Of a stretch of 40,179 nt of DNA, positions 8,801-17,296 are shown piece after piece. The DNA is from a virus. Taxonomy: Duplodnaviria; Caudoviricetes. Numbering within the stretch: the first letter of the stretch is position 1; every line of letters starts with the position of its first letter. The position numbers and the translations under genes are program-made. Location of the stretch: the IMG/VR virus record IMGVR_UViG_3300038393_001247, positions 1-40,179 of that record; one strand, 5' to 3'. The notes under the pieces were generated by a model. The model had not been told where the DNA came from. It was given only the letters and a program-made list of their open reading frames with translations, and did no database searches.

Positions 8801-9197
8801 CGGCGTCGATCTCCACGCGCACGTCGAGGTCGCCGGTGATGTTCAGCGCGGCCACGTGGGGTGTGGAGACGGTACCGGTGGTGTCGCCGTCGAGCTCCAG
8901 GTGGGCCTCGGCGGCGGGCAGATGGACGCGCACCTCGGTGTTGCGGCCGATCTTCCCGTACAGGTCGCTGAGCGGGTTGCCCTGGCTGTAACGGCCGAGG
9001 ACGCCGGGGGCGACCTTGCTGGCGCCGTTGTTGAACGTCAGCTTGGCCTTACCCGGGTCGGTGCGGGCGCCCTCGTCGGGACGCCCGCGGGTGATGGTCA
9101 TCAGGTCGCGGGTGTAGACGTCCGCGGTGACGTCTGTCCACACCCCGTCGATCTTCAGTTCTGCCTTGATGTCCAGCGGGCTCTGGGGGAACGCCAC
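5847..9197 (-). CDS. Large minor tail (tip / receptor-binding) protein, 1116 aa, with LamG/ConA-like region
   Basis: Directly after tape measure; WTDVTADV..ITRGR start, LAYWPMED motif, beta-rich. Confidence 0.85.
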   Translation of the reverse strand: MAFPQSPLDIKAELKIDGVWTDVTADVYTRDLMTITRGRPDEGARTDPGKAKLTFNNGASKVAPGVLGRYSQGNPLSDLYGKIGRNTEVRVHLPAAEAHLELDGDTTGTVSTPHVAALNITGDLDVRVEIDADMTLTAGSYGIIGKWGETTAERAWVLRYHDGGLTLNWLDSGAVAHGWFIGVELIGAPVLRVTLDVDNGASGHTIRFYQGDSITGPWTQLFTDMVGTGTTSIQSTTSPVRIGVPDSTLTPPRVPYIGSGTRFQIRSGIDGTLVADADFRPLADGATGFTDSVGRVWTVNGTADVRKREDRFVGEISAWPPRWDVSGKDRWVPVEAAGILRRYGAASKSLDSTLRRRIPSDPTLLAYWPMEDDSGATQAYSPIPGVQPLKFTGLQMASDTSFASSAALPVVQTGATMTAQVPAPASGTGPWQVEMVYYVPTAPTSLATFFEVAATGTAVRYTVQVQTNNVQVKAFDADGTQLMFINSTAGSSPNFFGSKNRVRLYARQNGGNVQVDVAWVNISATGVFQSSSFAGTVGRVTKVSSAFGAGLEGTVFGHLAVFQATNTLVMDGADDGYFGEEAGERLLRLAMEENVPLTVRGIIAEQEKMGAQRQQALLELLAEGAASDGGILMEHRARPALRYRGRATLYNQTPSLTLNYTADGEVAPPLEPLDDDADVVNDVTVQRIDGSSARVVLEDGPLSVQAPPNGIGRYDTSVQLSLADDAQAEPIAAWRLHLGTWDAPRYPVVHVDLAAAPHLIDTILGVDQGDLIRITNLPAWLPPGDVDLIVQGYTESFDQYAWDIYFNCTPAGPWSVGVTDDAVLGKADTDGCQLTTALTSTATAPVVLTTSGLPWNTSGAQYPFDLRVGGEVWTATACASWLSDALGRSVSNGWGTADSSQVWSTGGGVASDYAVGSGYGSHICSTTAASRRTFTDFTVPDFEYCGSITTSALATGASLVGNLTGRYTDSDNLYLAQLEFTTGNAIILTIQKRVGAVQTSLGSYTTRYTHVAGTFVRVRFAVSGTSLRARAWLPTDVEPTAWHVDVTDTALSTSSFIGTRSLAASGNTNVNPAVRYDNLEVVNPQKFTVTRSVNGIVKAHSAGTPVTVDQPAPVAL

Positions 9198-9209
9198 TGC
9201 CTCGCCTCC

Positions 9210-11396
9210 CTACCCGCGTCCGAACGCGGTCTCTGTGCTGCCGCGCCCGTCGACGCGGACCATCTTGCGGACCAGCCGCTTGAATTCCTCGTCCGCGCCC
9301 CGCACGTCGAACACCACGCGGGTGAGGCCGCCGCTTGCCGCGCTCGCGCCCATGAGCGGCGCCATGCCGGTCGTGAGCGGCGTGGTCGGTTTGGCGGCCG
9401 GCGGGTTGACGAGGCCGGCCATGGTGCGGTCGAGGACGTCCCGGTTGTTCTCGGCGCCCTGGGCGATGCCGGGCGGGAGCCAGTGCCCGATCTCGTCGGC
9501 CATGAGCTTCGACGGGGAGCCGATGTGCAGGAACGACTTCGCGGCGTTGAGGACGTTGTTCTTCACGAAGCTGGAGACCTTGCCCCACAGCCAGCCGCCC
9601 ATGCTGCTGATGCCGTTCCATAGGCCGGTGACAACCGCTTTGCCCTTGCTGTACAGCAGGTCGTTCATGCCGACGACTGCCCTACCAAGGCGGCCGGGTA
9701 GGCCGCGCACCCAGGCGACCAGCTCGAGGGCCTTGTTGATGGTGCCGGTCTTGATCGCCGACCAGTGCTTGATGATCAGCCCGACGAGGGTGAAGTTCAG
9801 GAACGCGTTGATCATCATGTTCTTGGCCCAGACGAGCTTGCCGACAACCCAGTCCCACGCGGCCAGCGTCCACTTTTTGACCTTGTCCCAGTTCGCGTAG
9901 ATGAGCAGGGCCAGGCCAATGACGGCGGCGATGATCCAGCCGATGGGGCCCATGGCGATCAGCCACTGCGCGGCCATGACCGCGGCCCACGCGACGGCCC
10001 GCGCGGCCATCAGCAGGAACTGGCCGGCGGCCGTGATCCCGGCCCAGACGACCCGGGCCACCCACGTGCCGATGGCGACCAGCGCCGACCCAGTCCACGC
10101 CGCCGCGGTGGTCAGAGCGGAGGCCACGGCCGAGGCGGCGATGCGTAGGTAGGCCATGATGCCGATGCCCATCATCCGCAGCCACGTGCCGATGACGCCC
10201 CACCCGGACCAGGAGATGACCGCGTTGGCGCCGGCCACCACGGACGCGATCGCCGAGTACGTCATCATCGCGCCCTTGACGATGAGCACGGTGGCGGCCA
10301 GGCCCATCAGCGTGTACGCGAGCGGCTCGAACACGGCCTGGTTGTTCATGGCGAACTGGATGAACGTCCCGGAGACGGCGGCCAGTTTCACGACGGCCTG
10401 CCGCTTGAAGGACTCCAGCGCCGAGGCGGGAGAGGAGCCGACGGTCTTGGCCATCTTGTCGGCGGCGCCACCCACTTGCCCCAGCGCGCTCACGGCCGCC
10501 GATGGGTCAAGGGCGTAGAGCGCGGTGCCCAAGTCCTCGGCCTGGGTGCCGAAGAGCTGGACAGCTGCCTGGGAGCGCTTCACCGGGTCGGGGATTGCGC
10601 GCAGCTTGTCGAGGGTGAGGTCCAGGGCGTCGGTTGCCGACTTGCCGCCCTTGCCGATCCTTGTGGCCATGTCGGCGGCGTCCAGGCCGATCGCCTGGAA
10701 GCCGGCGGCAGTGCTCTTGCTGCCGTCGACGGCGCGGATGCTGAATTCCTTGACCGCGTCCGCGACGAGGTCGGCGTCCCGGGCGCCAGCCTTCAGGCCC
10801 TGCGAGAGCAGGCCGAAGGCCATCTGCCCGTCCAGGCCGAACTTCTTCCACTGGACGCCGTATTCGTTGACGGTGTCCAGCAAGTCGTCGGCCTTGTTGG
10901 CGCCGGTCTGGAAGCCGCGGGTGAGGATGTCGAACGCCTCGTCGGCGTTCTTCGCCAGCCCGGTCTTCAGCATCTGCCCGACCGCGGCGGTGGTCGGGCC
11001 GACCTCCTGATCGAACGTCTCAGCCAGGGCCAACGCCTTGGTGGTGACGCCCTCCAGCCCGCCCTTGGCCTTCGAGACGTCGCCGATGTTCTGGTAGACG
11101 CCCCGGATGGCCTCGTTCACCTGCTCGGTTGACTCGCCCCACGCGTTGGCGTACACGTCGGCGGACACCTTGGACAGCTTCGCTGCCTCGGCCGGGCCGA
11201 TGCCCAGCTGCGCCTGCAGCTTCGCGTTCGCGGCTGACATGTCCATCGACGCGGCCACACCCACGCCGAGCGCGCCGGCAACGCCCGCGGCGATACCGGT
11301 GGCGGCCTGGTCGAACTTCTCCTTGACCTTGCCGAGGGTCTCCGAGACGCGTTCGCGGGCAACGAGGTTGAACACGAGCGAGGTATCGCTCATCAC
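9210..11396 (-). CDS. Tail tape measure protein
   Basis: Ala-rich helical; DLLDTVNEY...DAVKEFSIR...LFGTQAEDLG motif; Trp-periodic C-terminus. Confidence 0.92.
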   Translation of the reverse strand: MMSDTSLVFNLVARERVSETLGKVKEKFDQAATGIAAGVAGALGVGVAASMDMSAANAKLQAQLGIGPAEAAKLSKVSADVYANAWGESTEQVNEAIRGVYQNIGDVSKAKGGLEGVTTKALALAETFDQEVGPTTAAVGQMLKTGLAKNADEAFDILTRGFQTGANKADDLLDTVNEYGVQWKKFGLDGQMAFGLLSQGLKAGARDADLVADAVKEFSIRAVDGSKSTAAGFQAIGLDAADMATRIGKGGKSATDALDLTLDKLRAIPDPVKRSQAAVQLFGTQAEDLGTALYALDPSAAVSALGQVGGAADKMAKTVGSSPASALESFKRQAVVKLAAVSGTFIQFAMNNQAVFEPLAYTLMGLAATVLIVKGAMMTYSAIASVVAGANAVISWSGWGVIGTWLRMMGIGIMAYLRIAASAVASALTTAAAWTGSALVAIGTWVARVVWAGITAAGQFLLMAARAVAWAAVMAAQWLIAMGPIGWIIAAVIGLALLIYANWDKVKKWTLAAWDWVVGKLVWAKNMMINAFLNFTLVGLIIKHWSAIKTGTINKALELVAWVRGLPGRLGRAVVGMNDLLYSKGKAVVTGLWNGISSMGGWLWGKVSSFVKNNVLNAAKSFLHIGSPSKLMADEIGHWLPPGIAQGAENNRDVLDRTMAGLVNPPAAKPTTPLTTGMAPLMGASAASGGLTRVVFDVRGADEEFKRLVRKMVRVDGRGSTETAFGRG

Positions 11397-11418
11397 GCCC
11401 CCTGTGGTCAGGGGGCGG

Positions 11419-11981
11419 TCAACGCCCCGACTTCAGCTTCTCGTTGGCCTCACGCTGGGCTTCCTCGTAGGCGTCCAGCCAGTCCAGCAGCACGTCGGTC
11501 TCTTCGACGGTGCACGCGTCCCAGTCACGCGGGCGCATGTGCAGCAGGTGCGCGGCGTCGCCGAGCCGTCTCAACCGGCGATCGGCAGCTCGGCTTTTCC
11601 CTCTTCATCGGGGTCCTCGTAGGCCGCCGCGATCTCCTCGTCCAGCTTCTCCAGGACGGCCGCCAGCTGGTCGGCGGGCACCGAGTCGGCGACGTTCTCC
11701 CGCATGAGCTGCAGCTCGCCCTTGGAGTGCTCGAGGGTGAGCTCGTCCCAGGCGAAGTCGACGTCGTCGAACTTCAGCGTCGGGTGCTCCCGCTTCAGGT
11801 ACAGGTACAGCAGCGCCCGCCGGCACTTGCTGTTGCCCTTCTGCACGTCGACTGTGAACTCGGAGAAATTCCGGCCGGTGTACCGCTCGAGCATCTCCCG
11901 CTCGGCAGACATCAGCTTCTTCGGGTTGTACCTCCACCTCTTCGGCTCTTCGCTGCCCTCGGGCGTGTAGACCAGATACAT
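11419..11981 (-). CDS. Tail assembly chaperone, long form made by -1 frameshift
   Basis: Slippery G-GGA-AAA at 11601-11595; the -1 frame reads KSRAADRRLRRLGDAAHLLHMRPRDWD...KLKSGR* to 11419. Confidence 0.8.
11571..11981 (-). CDS. Tail assembly chaperone, short form
   Basis: Upstream of tape measure; ends EEGKAELPIAG. Confidence 0.85.
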   Translation of the reverse strand: MYLVYTPEGSEEPKRWRYNPKKLMSAEREMLERYTGRNFSEFTVDVQKGNSKCRRALLYLYLKREHPTLKFDDVDFAWDELTLEHSKGELQLMRENVADSVPADQLAAVLEKLDEEIAAAYEDPDEEGKAELPIAG

Positions 11982-11993
11982 GGGTGTCCCCCC

Positions 11994-12503
11994 TTATCGG
12001 GCCCGGTTCGCGATGCGCCGGGCCATGTCTTCCATGGCCGCCTCGACGGCCTGCTTGTAGATCCCCTCGCGGCCCTGGAACGCCCGGTCGAACCACTCCA
12101 GCTTTCCGCGCTGCTCGACCCACACCTCGCGGTTGCCGTAGACAGGGTGGCGCCAGCCGCGGGCGCGGTTCGTGCGCTTGGGCGCATTGGGGAAGCCTCT
12201 GATGTTCTTGGTCTTGAAGGCCTTCACGCGAGCGCCGGACCATCGGCCGCCGAGCTTGACCTCGGGCCGGATCTTCCGGGCGATCGATGTGCGCAGGGCG
12301 GGCGTCGCCCCGTGCAGCGAGACCATGCCCATGATGGAGCTCTTGGCCTGCTCGGCGCCCGGGCGCAGGGCGTCACGCATGTTCGCGGCGAGCTCCTTGC
12401 GCAGCTGCTTGCCGTCCTCCTCGGCGCGGATCGCCCGCACCAGGGCGGCCAGGCCCTGGTGGGTCTCCACGCCGAGCGAGAACGGCGGCCCGCCACTGGC
12501 CAT
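11994..12503 (-). CDS. HK97 gp10-like tail/neck component
   Basis: Basic helical protein (LRKELAANMR...WRHPVYG...WFDRAF); TGATG coupling. Confidence 0.65.
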   Translation of the reverse strand: MASGGPPFSLGVETHQGLAALVRAIRAEEDGKQLRKELAANMRDALRPGAEQAKSSIMGMVSLHGATPALRTSIARKIRPEVKLGGRWSGARVKAFKTKNIRGFPNAPKRTNRARGWRHPVYGNREVWVEQRGKLEWFDRAFQGREGIYKQAVEAAMEDMARRIANRAR

Positions 12504-12913
12504 CAGGTTGTCGCCCTCGTCACGGCACCCGAGGTGGGGAAGCCCAGCGACACCGTGGCCTCGTCGCCGACCGACCCGGTGATCGGGTTCCAGCCGTTGA
12601 TGAGGATGTTCCCGGTGTACTTCGGGTTGCTGGTGCCGACCGCGGCCTGGTCGGCGCGCACCTCGAACGGCACGACCGTGCCCAGCAGCGGCCACATGAT
12701 GGCGTCCAGTTGGGAGGCGGCGAAGTCCTGCAGGAACTCACACGACAGCTCAGCGCTCTTGAGACCGCCGAGGACTTCCTTCCAGCCGAGGCTGGCGTAG
12801 TTCGTGACGTCCTTCTCCTCGACCTCGACGGTGAGCTCCGCCTTCTTGGTGAAGGTGTTCAGGACGTTGGAGTTGATCGACAGGTACTGGGCGAGCAGAA
12901 CCATCTTCGGCAC
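12503..12913 (-). CDS. Tail tube (major tail) protein
   Basis: EEKDVTNYASLGWKEVLGGLKSAEL...GSVGDEATVSLGFPTSG tail-tube pattern; strong RBS. Confidence 0.8.
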   Translation of the reverse strand: MPKMVLLAQYLSINSNVLNTFTKKAELTVEVEEKDVTNYASLGWKEVLGGLKSAELSCEFLQDFAASQLDAIMWPLLGTVVPFEVRADQAAVGTSNPKYTGNILINGWNPITGSVGDEATVSLGFPTSGAVTRATT

Positions 12914-12982
12914 GGCTGGCCTCCCTTTCAGGCATGACGAGATGCCCGAACCCTGGAGCGGGCCGGGCCGGTGATGGGGTGA

Positions 12983-13723
12983 TCAGCCGATGCCGAGAGC
13001 AGCGGCGAACAGGAACGACGGCGTAGTGCCGCTGATCGTCCACGCCACGCGCCACCACGGATCCGTGATGGCGGTGCCTGCGGTGCGCAGGATCTGCCCG
13101 CCCACCGCGGTCGCCGCAGTGAACGTCAGTCGGGTCGTGGGGCTGGCGAACGTGTTGTCGACGGAGGACTCCACGCGCGCGGTGATGGTCGGCGTCGCAG
13201 TGCCGGCCACGGACAGGACGTGCAGCGCAGCGTACATGCGCTTGTTGGCCGCCACGGCGCCGATGTTAAGGCCGGTGCCCGTGCCGGAGGCGGTGCGGGC
13301 GGTGCCGGGCGGGTGGGCGAACTGGCCGCGCACCAGCGGCCACGACGACTTGGCCGTGCCGGTCCAGGGGGCGATCTCACCGACCGCGTCGAACAGCTTG
13401 TAGTCCGAGCGCATGGCCTGCATGAAGTACGCCAGATCGCCCACGGCCGCGGCGTTGTTCGCACTGACGGACCAGGGCCCTGTGCCGCCGAGCTGCGCCC
13501 AGGACGCGTCATCGACCTTCGTGGAGTCCAGCGCTTCCCACTGGCCCTCGCCGGAGAGCTCCGCCGAGGCGACACCGCCCATGACCTCCTTCCAGCCGCC
13601 CGAGCCGTAGTTCGTGCCGTCCTTGGACTCCACCTCGGACGTCAGCTCGATCTTGTTGGAGTTGCTGGTCAAGTCGACGCCGACCGCGAAGCACCTGACG
13701 TTGGTCAGGACGGTCTTACTCAT
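12983..13723 (-). CDS. Second tail-tube paralog with C-terminal beta-sandwich domain
   Basis: N-terminus aligns with 12503-12913 (KDxTNYxSxGWKEVxGGxxSAELS). Confidence 0.7.
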   Translation of the reverse strand: MSKTVLTNVRCFAVGVDLTSNSNKIELTSEVESKDGTNYGSGGWKEVMGGVASAELSGEGQWEALDSTKVDDASWAQLGGTGPWSVSANNAAAVGDLAYFMQAMRSDYKLFDAVGEIAPWTGTAKSSWPLVRGQFAHPPGTARTASGTGTGLNIGAVAANKRMYAALHVLSVAGTATPTITARVESSVDNTFASPTTRLTFTAATAVGGQILRTAGTAITDPWWRVAWTISGTTPSFLFAAALGIG

Positions 13724-13916
13724 CGTCGGCTCCCTTCGGGCGGCTCTTACGGCCGCGCGAGGCCGGCTTGTCGACGACTTCCTCGGCGACGCCCGAGGCG
13801 ACCAGGTGCGCGCCCTGCGCCGTCGGCACGTCGACCTCGTCGCCCTCGGCCGGCCACGGCTCGCCGTTGAGCTGGGCGCCCTCGGGCATGCCCTGCGTGA
13901 TGCGGATGCGCATCAT
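13716..13916 (-). CDS. Small virion-region hypothetical protein
   Basis: Coupled ORF; GDEVDVP..GAHLVASGVAE motif. Confidence 0.65.
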   Translation of the reverse strand: MMRIRITQGMPEGAQLNGEPWPAEGDEVDVPTAQGAHLVASGVAEEVVDKPASRGRKSRPKGADDE

Positions 13917-14362
13917 GTCCTCCCGTCTCCGATGACGCGGACGGCGAGCTCGGCGCCGACGTAGCTGGCGCCCGCGTGCTCGTACCAGCGGTAGCCCTGC
14001 ACGCGCTGCAGGTGGATGTCGTCAGCCAGGCCCCCGAGGGCCAGCTGGCCGGGGGCGCCCCGGGCCGTCTCGAACGCGGCCTTGAGCGAGGCCGCCCCCG
14101 CGCCGGACAGCATTCCGTCAAGGATGCGCTGAGCGGACCGGTCGTCGGCTCGGCCCGCCAGCACACGGCAGGTGATGAGCAGTTCGTCGGTACCGCGGCC
14201 CATGGTCTGGTCGTAGTTGACGTCGACCTCGCCGACGAAGAAACAGGGTGCGACGACCGAGTCCGGCACGTAGCCGGTGCACGTCAGCTTGCCGATGCCA
14301 TCGGGCAGGACGATGACGCGCACCGCGTCCGCGATGGCGTCGCGAATGGCGGAGATCTGCAC
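13913..14362 (-). CDS. Putative tail terminator / neck protein
   Basis: Position and size; ISAIRDAIAD...YVPD..PCF pattern. Confidence 0.65.
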   Translation of the reverse strand: MQISAIRDAIADAVRVIVLPDGIGKLTCTGYVPDSVVAPCFFVGEVDVNYDQTMGRGTDELLITCRVLAGRADDRSAQRILDGMLSGAGAASLKAAFETARGAPGQLALGGLADDIHLQRVQGYRWYEHAGASYVGAELAVRVIGDGRT

Positions 14363-14372
14363 CGTCGCCCCC

Positions 14373-14969
14373 TTATCCGAACCCGGGCAGGATGAGCGGC
14401 TCGATCAGGTTCCACACATCCGGATCCCGGCGGGACAGGTTGCGCACGCCCCACTCGGCCGAGCCGATGATGCCCTCTGGGCTGTCCTTGCGCTTGTACA
14501 GGCGCGATGCCTGGAGCAGGGCGGCCTCGGTGATGTCATCCGGGACGGCGGGCCAGCCGAACCGGGCCGTGACCCGGACGCGCGCCGTGTAGGTGCCCCA
14601 GGTGCCGTGGACGCGCAGCAGGCCTGTGATCGGCCGGCCGTCGGCCAACGCGTTGTCTGGCTGCGTCTCGTAGCCGGTGACGGCCGTCCAGGAGGTCCCG
14701 GAGCCGGTCTCGACGACCAGGCCCGTGACGCTGCCGACGTCGTCGACGAGCAGCAGCTCGCCGTCGTCCTCGCACACCGTGCGCCCGCTCAGGCGATACG
14801 TGCGCTGGACGACCGCGGCGTCCAGCCAGAAGCGGCGCCCGCACGTTTTGTCGATGCTGCGGGAGGCGGACGCCAGCGCGCTGTTGAGCAGCGTGTCGCG
14901 GCTGGTGTCGTCCGCCTCGATGCCGAGCTTCTCCTTGAGCGCGGCCAGCGTGCCGTACTCGTTGGCCAC
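14373..14969 (-). CDS. Head-to-tail connector (gp6-like adaptor)
   Basis: YGTLAALKEKLG...ASRSIDKTCGRRF...GWPAVPDDI. Confidence 0.85.
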   Translation of the reverse strand: MANEYGTLAALKEKLGIEADDTSRDTLLNSALASASRSIDKTCGRRFWLDAAVVQRTYRLSGRTVCEDDGELLLVDDVGSVTGLVVETGSGTSWTAVTGYETQPDNALADGRPITGLLRVHGTWGTYTARVRVTARFGWPAVPDDITEAALLQASRLYKRKDSPEGIIGSAEWGVRNLSRRDPDVWNLIEPLILPGFG

Positions 14970-14975
14970 CGCGCA

Positions 14976-15272
14976 TCACTCAGCGGGAGGCGCGGCCGGC
15001 GCTTCAGCCGAGGCAGGCTCAGCCGGAGGCGCGGTCGTGGTCTTCTTCGCAGCCGTCTTCTTCGCGGTGCGCTTCACCGGGTCCTTGCCCTGGTCAGCGG
15101 TCTGCTGGGGCGCCTGCGTGCGCCCCTGCGGGCCGTTGTCCTCAGCGCTCTCGTCCTTCTGCAGGCGTGCCAGTTCCTTGTCGACCTGGGCGACGCGGTC
15201 GTCCAGACCGCGGCTCACGTAGCCGGCGCGCTCGCGCTTGAGTGCGGCGATCTGATGATCGGGAGTGGTCAT
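14976..15272 (-). CDS. Hypothetical head-region protein with AKK-rich tail
   Basis: RBS GAGGAG; IAALKRERAGY...RVAQVDKELARL. Confidence 0.7.
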   Translation of the reverse strand: MTTPDHQIAALKRERAGYVSRGLDDRVAQVDKELARLQKDESAEDNGPQGRTQAPQQTADQGKDPVKRTAKKTAAKKTTTAPPAEPASAEAPAAPPAE

Positions 15273-15282
15273 GGTCTTCTCC

Positions 15283-15669
15283 TCAGAAGATCCAGATGTC
15301 GGCGGTGTTCGTGACGTTGGTGTTGGCCGAGTACGTGATCCGCAGGTACCGCCAGGGCTGACCCGGGCGCAGGATCTTGTACACGGTGGTGGCCGTCGTG
15401 ATGGCGAAAGTGGCAACACTGCCGGTGTCCGGGGTCGCCGAGTCCGCATACGAGACGGCGAACCAGTTCGTGCCGTCCGCCGAGCCCTCGATCGCGTAGG
15501 TACACGTCGGGGTGGCCCCGACCGTCGTGGTGATCCGCAGCAGCGCGGACCGTTCGACCGCAGCGCCCCGGTCGACGACATTCGTCGAGGTGCCATTGCC
15601 GGTCTGGGTGGCTGACAGACTGGCCGAGTTCGGCAGCTGCTCGCCGCCCAGCGCTTGGATGGTCGACAT
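15283..15669 (-). CDS. Putative capsid decoration/cement protein
   Basis: Follows the major capsid gene; beta-rich, IEGSADGTNW...WRYLRITY. Confidence 0.6.
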   Translation of the reverse strand: MSTIQALGGEQLPNSASLSATQTGNGTSTNVVDRGAAVERSALLRITTTVGATPTCTYAIEGSADGTNWFAVSYADSATPDTGSVATFAITTATTVYKILRPGQPWRYLRITYSANTNVTNTADIWIF

Positions 15670-15741
15670 GCCTCGTTCCTTCCGGTCGTGAGGCGGCGGC
15701 GCCCGGGCGGCTGGTGTGCCAGCCGGGCGCCGTCGGATCGG

Positions 15742-17160
15742 TCAGAACGTCGGGGCGATCATGCCCGTGCCGGACACCTTGCCCATGCCGTTCGCGTAGC
15801 GGCCGAAGGTGTACGCAAAGTAGCTGTAGGCGACCAGCAGCACTCCGAGAGATGCGGCGGCGGGCTGCTCCGCGCGGATGAACAGCGGCGCGTTCGGGTC
15901 CTCCCACAGGTGGCACTCGGAGGCCGGGACGACGTACAGCTCATCCTCGGTACCGGCGCCGAGCGTGGTGCCGATGTTGTTGTCGACGATGACCTGCAGA
16001 CCGCACGGCAGGACGCCGCGCGGGCCGGAGGCGTAGGAGCTGGACGGGTCCGCGACGCCGCCGGCCTGGGTCGGGATCCCGGACCAGTTGATCAGCGGCC
16101 AGGTGGACGACATCTGGCTCGACAGCCAGTACCAGCGCCGCGAGTGCATCACGGCGTGCGTCGGGGCACCCATCGCCAGCAGGGCCGCCTCGACGCCCGC
16201 GGCCGCGCCCAAGACCTTCGGGTACAGCTCGGCGCCGGTCGGGGTGGCGTCGGTGTAGGTGGTGGCCGTCGCGACGTTGGTCAGACCGTTGGTGGCCTGG
16301 TTGATCAGCGTGCTGTCGATCGTGGTCGCGACCCGGTTGAACAGGTCCTGCATCGTGACGTCCTCGATGCCGGATCCCCGGTCGATGGCCTGACGGGACA
16401 CGGTCTGCTGTCCGGCCGCGGTCTGCACGTTCACCGTGAGCAGGGTGTCGTCCATGTTCGTCTCGGACACCGCCGAGTTCTCCGACGCCTGCACCGCCGC
16501 GCTGGACGCGGTGGTGATGCGGGAGATGTTCACGGACATGCCCGACTCGGGCAGCGGGTGGCGGTTGCAGATGTCCGCGAACGGGCGCAGGGCGGCCGTG
16601 GCCGGGGCGTACAGCTCGGTCAGGTACTGCGGCACCGTCAGGCCCGCGAACGCGCCGGTGCCGACCGCACGCTGCAGGTACTCGGCCCGCTCGACGCGCT
16701 CCTCCTGCATGTGCTGGGAAAGGCGGTGCGAGGCCTCGACGTCCTGGAACAGGAACTGCCGGGAGACGTCCATCAGGAAGCCCTTGCCGTAAGGGTCCTT
16801 GTCCTTGCGGTAGGTGCGCTCCTCCTGACCGACGCGGGCGACCTGGTCGTAGGAGGGCTTGCGGGTCTGGGTCTCGCGGACCTCGCGCTGCTTTGCCTCC
16901 CGCTCCTGCTCCTCGACCTTGAGCTTGTTCGTGGTGGCGAGCTTGTTCTCGATGCCGGTGATGTCGGTGCGGGCCTGGTCGCGTGCCGCGAACAGCTCGG
17001 CGACGCGCTCGTCTTCCTCCTTGCTGAGGTTGGAGCGGCCGTCCTGCTGCGCCTTGTCCAGGATCAGCTGGACCTCGGCGCCGCACTTCTTCAGCCGCTT
17101 CTGGGCGGCCTCGAGCTCGACCTCGATGCTCGCGATGAGGTCGTCGATGGTTCCGGGCAT
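15742..17160 (-). CDS. Major capsid protein, HK97 fold with N-terminal delta (scaffold) domain
   Basis: Coiled-coil N-terminus; GLTVPQY, P..GMSVNI, VMHSRRW motifs; follows the protease gene. Confidence 0.92.
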   Translation of the reverse strand: MPGTIDDLIASIEVELEAAQKRLKKCGAEVQLILDKAQQDGRSNLSKEEDERVAELFAARDQARTDITGIENKLATTNKLKVEEQEREAKQREVRETQTRKPSYDQVARVGQEERTYRKDKDPYGKGFLMDVSRQFLFQDVEASHRLSQHMQEERVERAEYLQRAVGTGAFAGLTVPQYLTELYAPATAALRPFADICNRHPLPESGMSVNISRITTASSAAVQASENSAVSETNMDDTLLTVNVQTAAGQQTVSRQAIDRGSGIEDVTMQDLFNRVATTIDSTLINQATNGLTNVATATTYTDATPTGAELYPKVLGAAAGVEAALLAMGAPTHAVMHSRRWYWLSSQMSSTWPLINWSGIPTQAGGVADPSSSYASGPRGVLPCGLQVIVDNNIGTTLGAGTEDELYVVPASECHLWEDPNAPLFIRAEQPAAASLGVLLVAYSYFAYTFGRYANGMGKVSGTGMIAPTF

Positions 17161-17296
17161 GGGTGTGTTCCCTCCGTACAGATGGATCAAGGTGGGTGCA
17201 GCAACAGCGGGGCCACGGCCCACCCGGGACATCTGCCGGGCGGCACAGGGCTGCGCGTCCGGGCATCTGCCGGACAGCGCGCTGTGTCTGGTGTGC

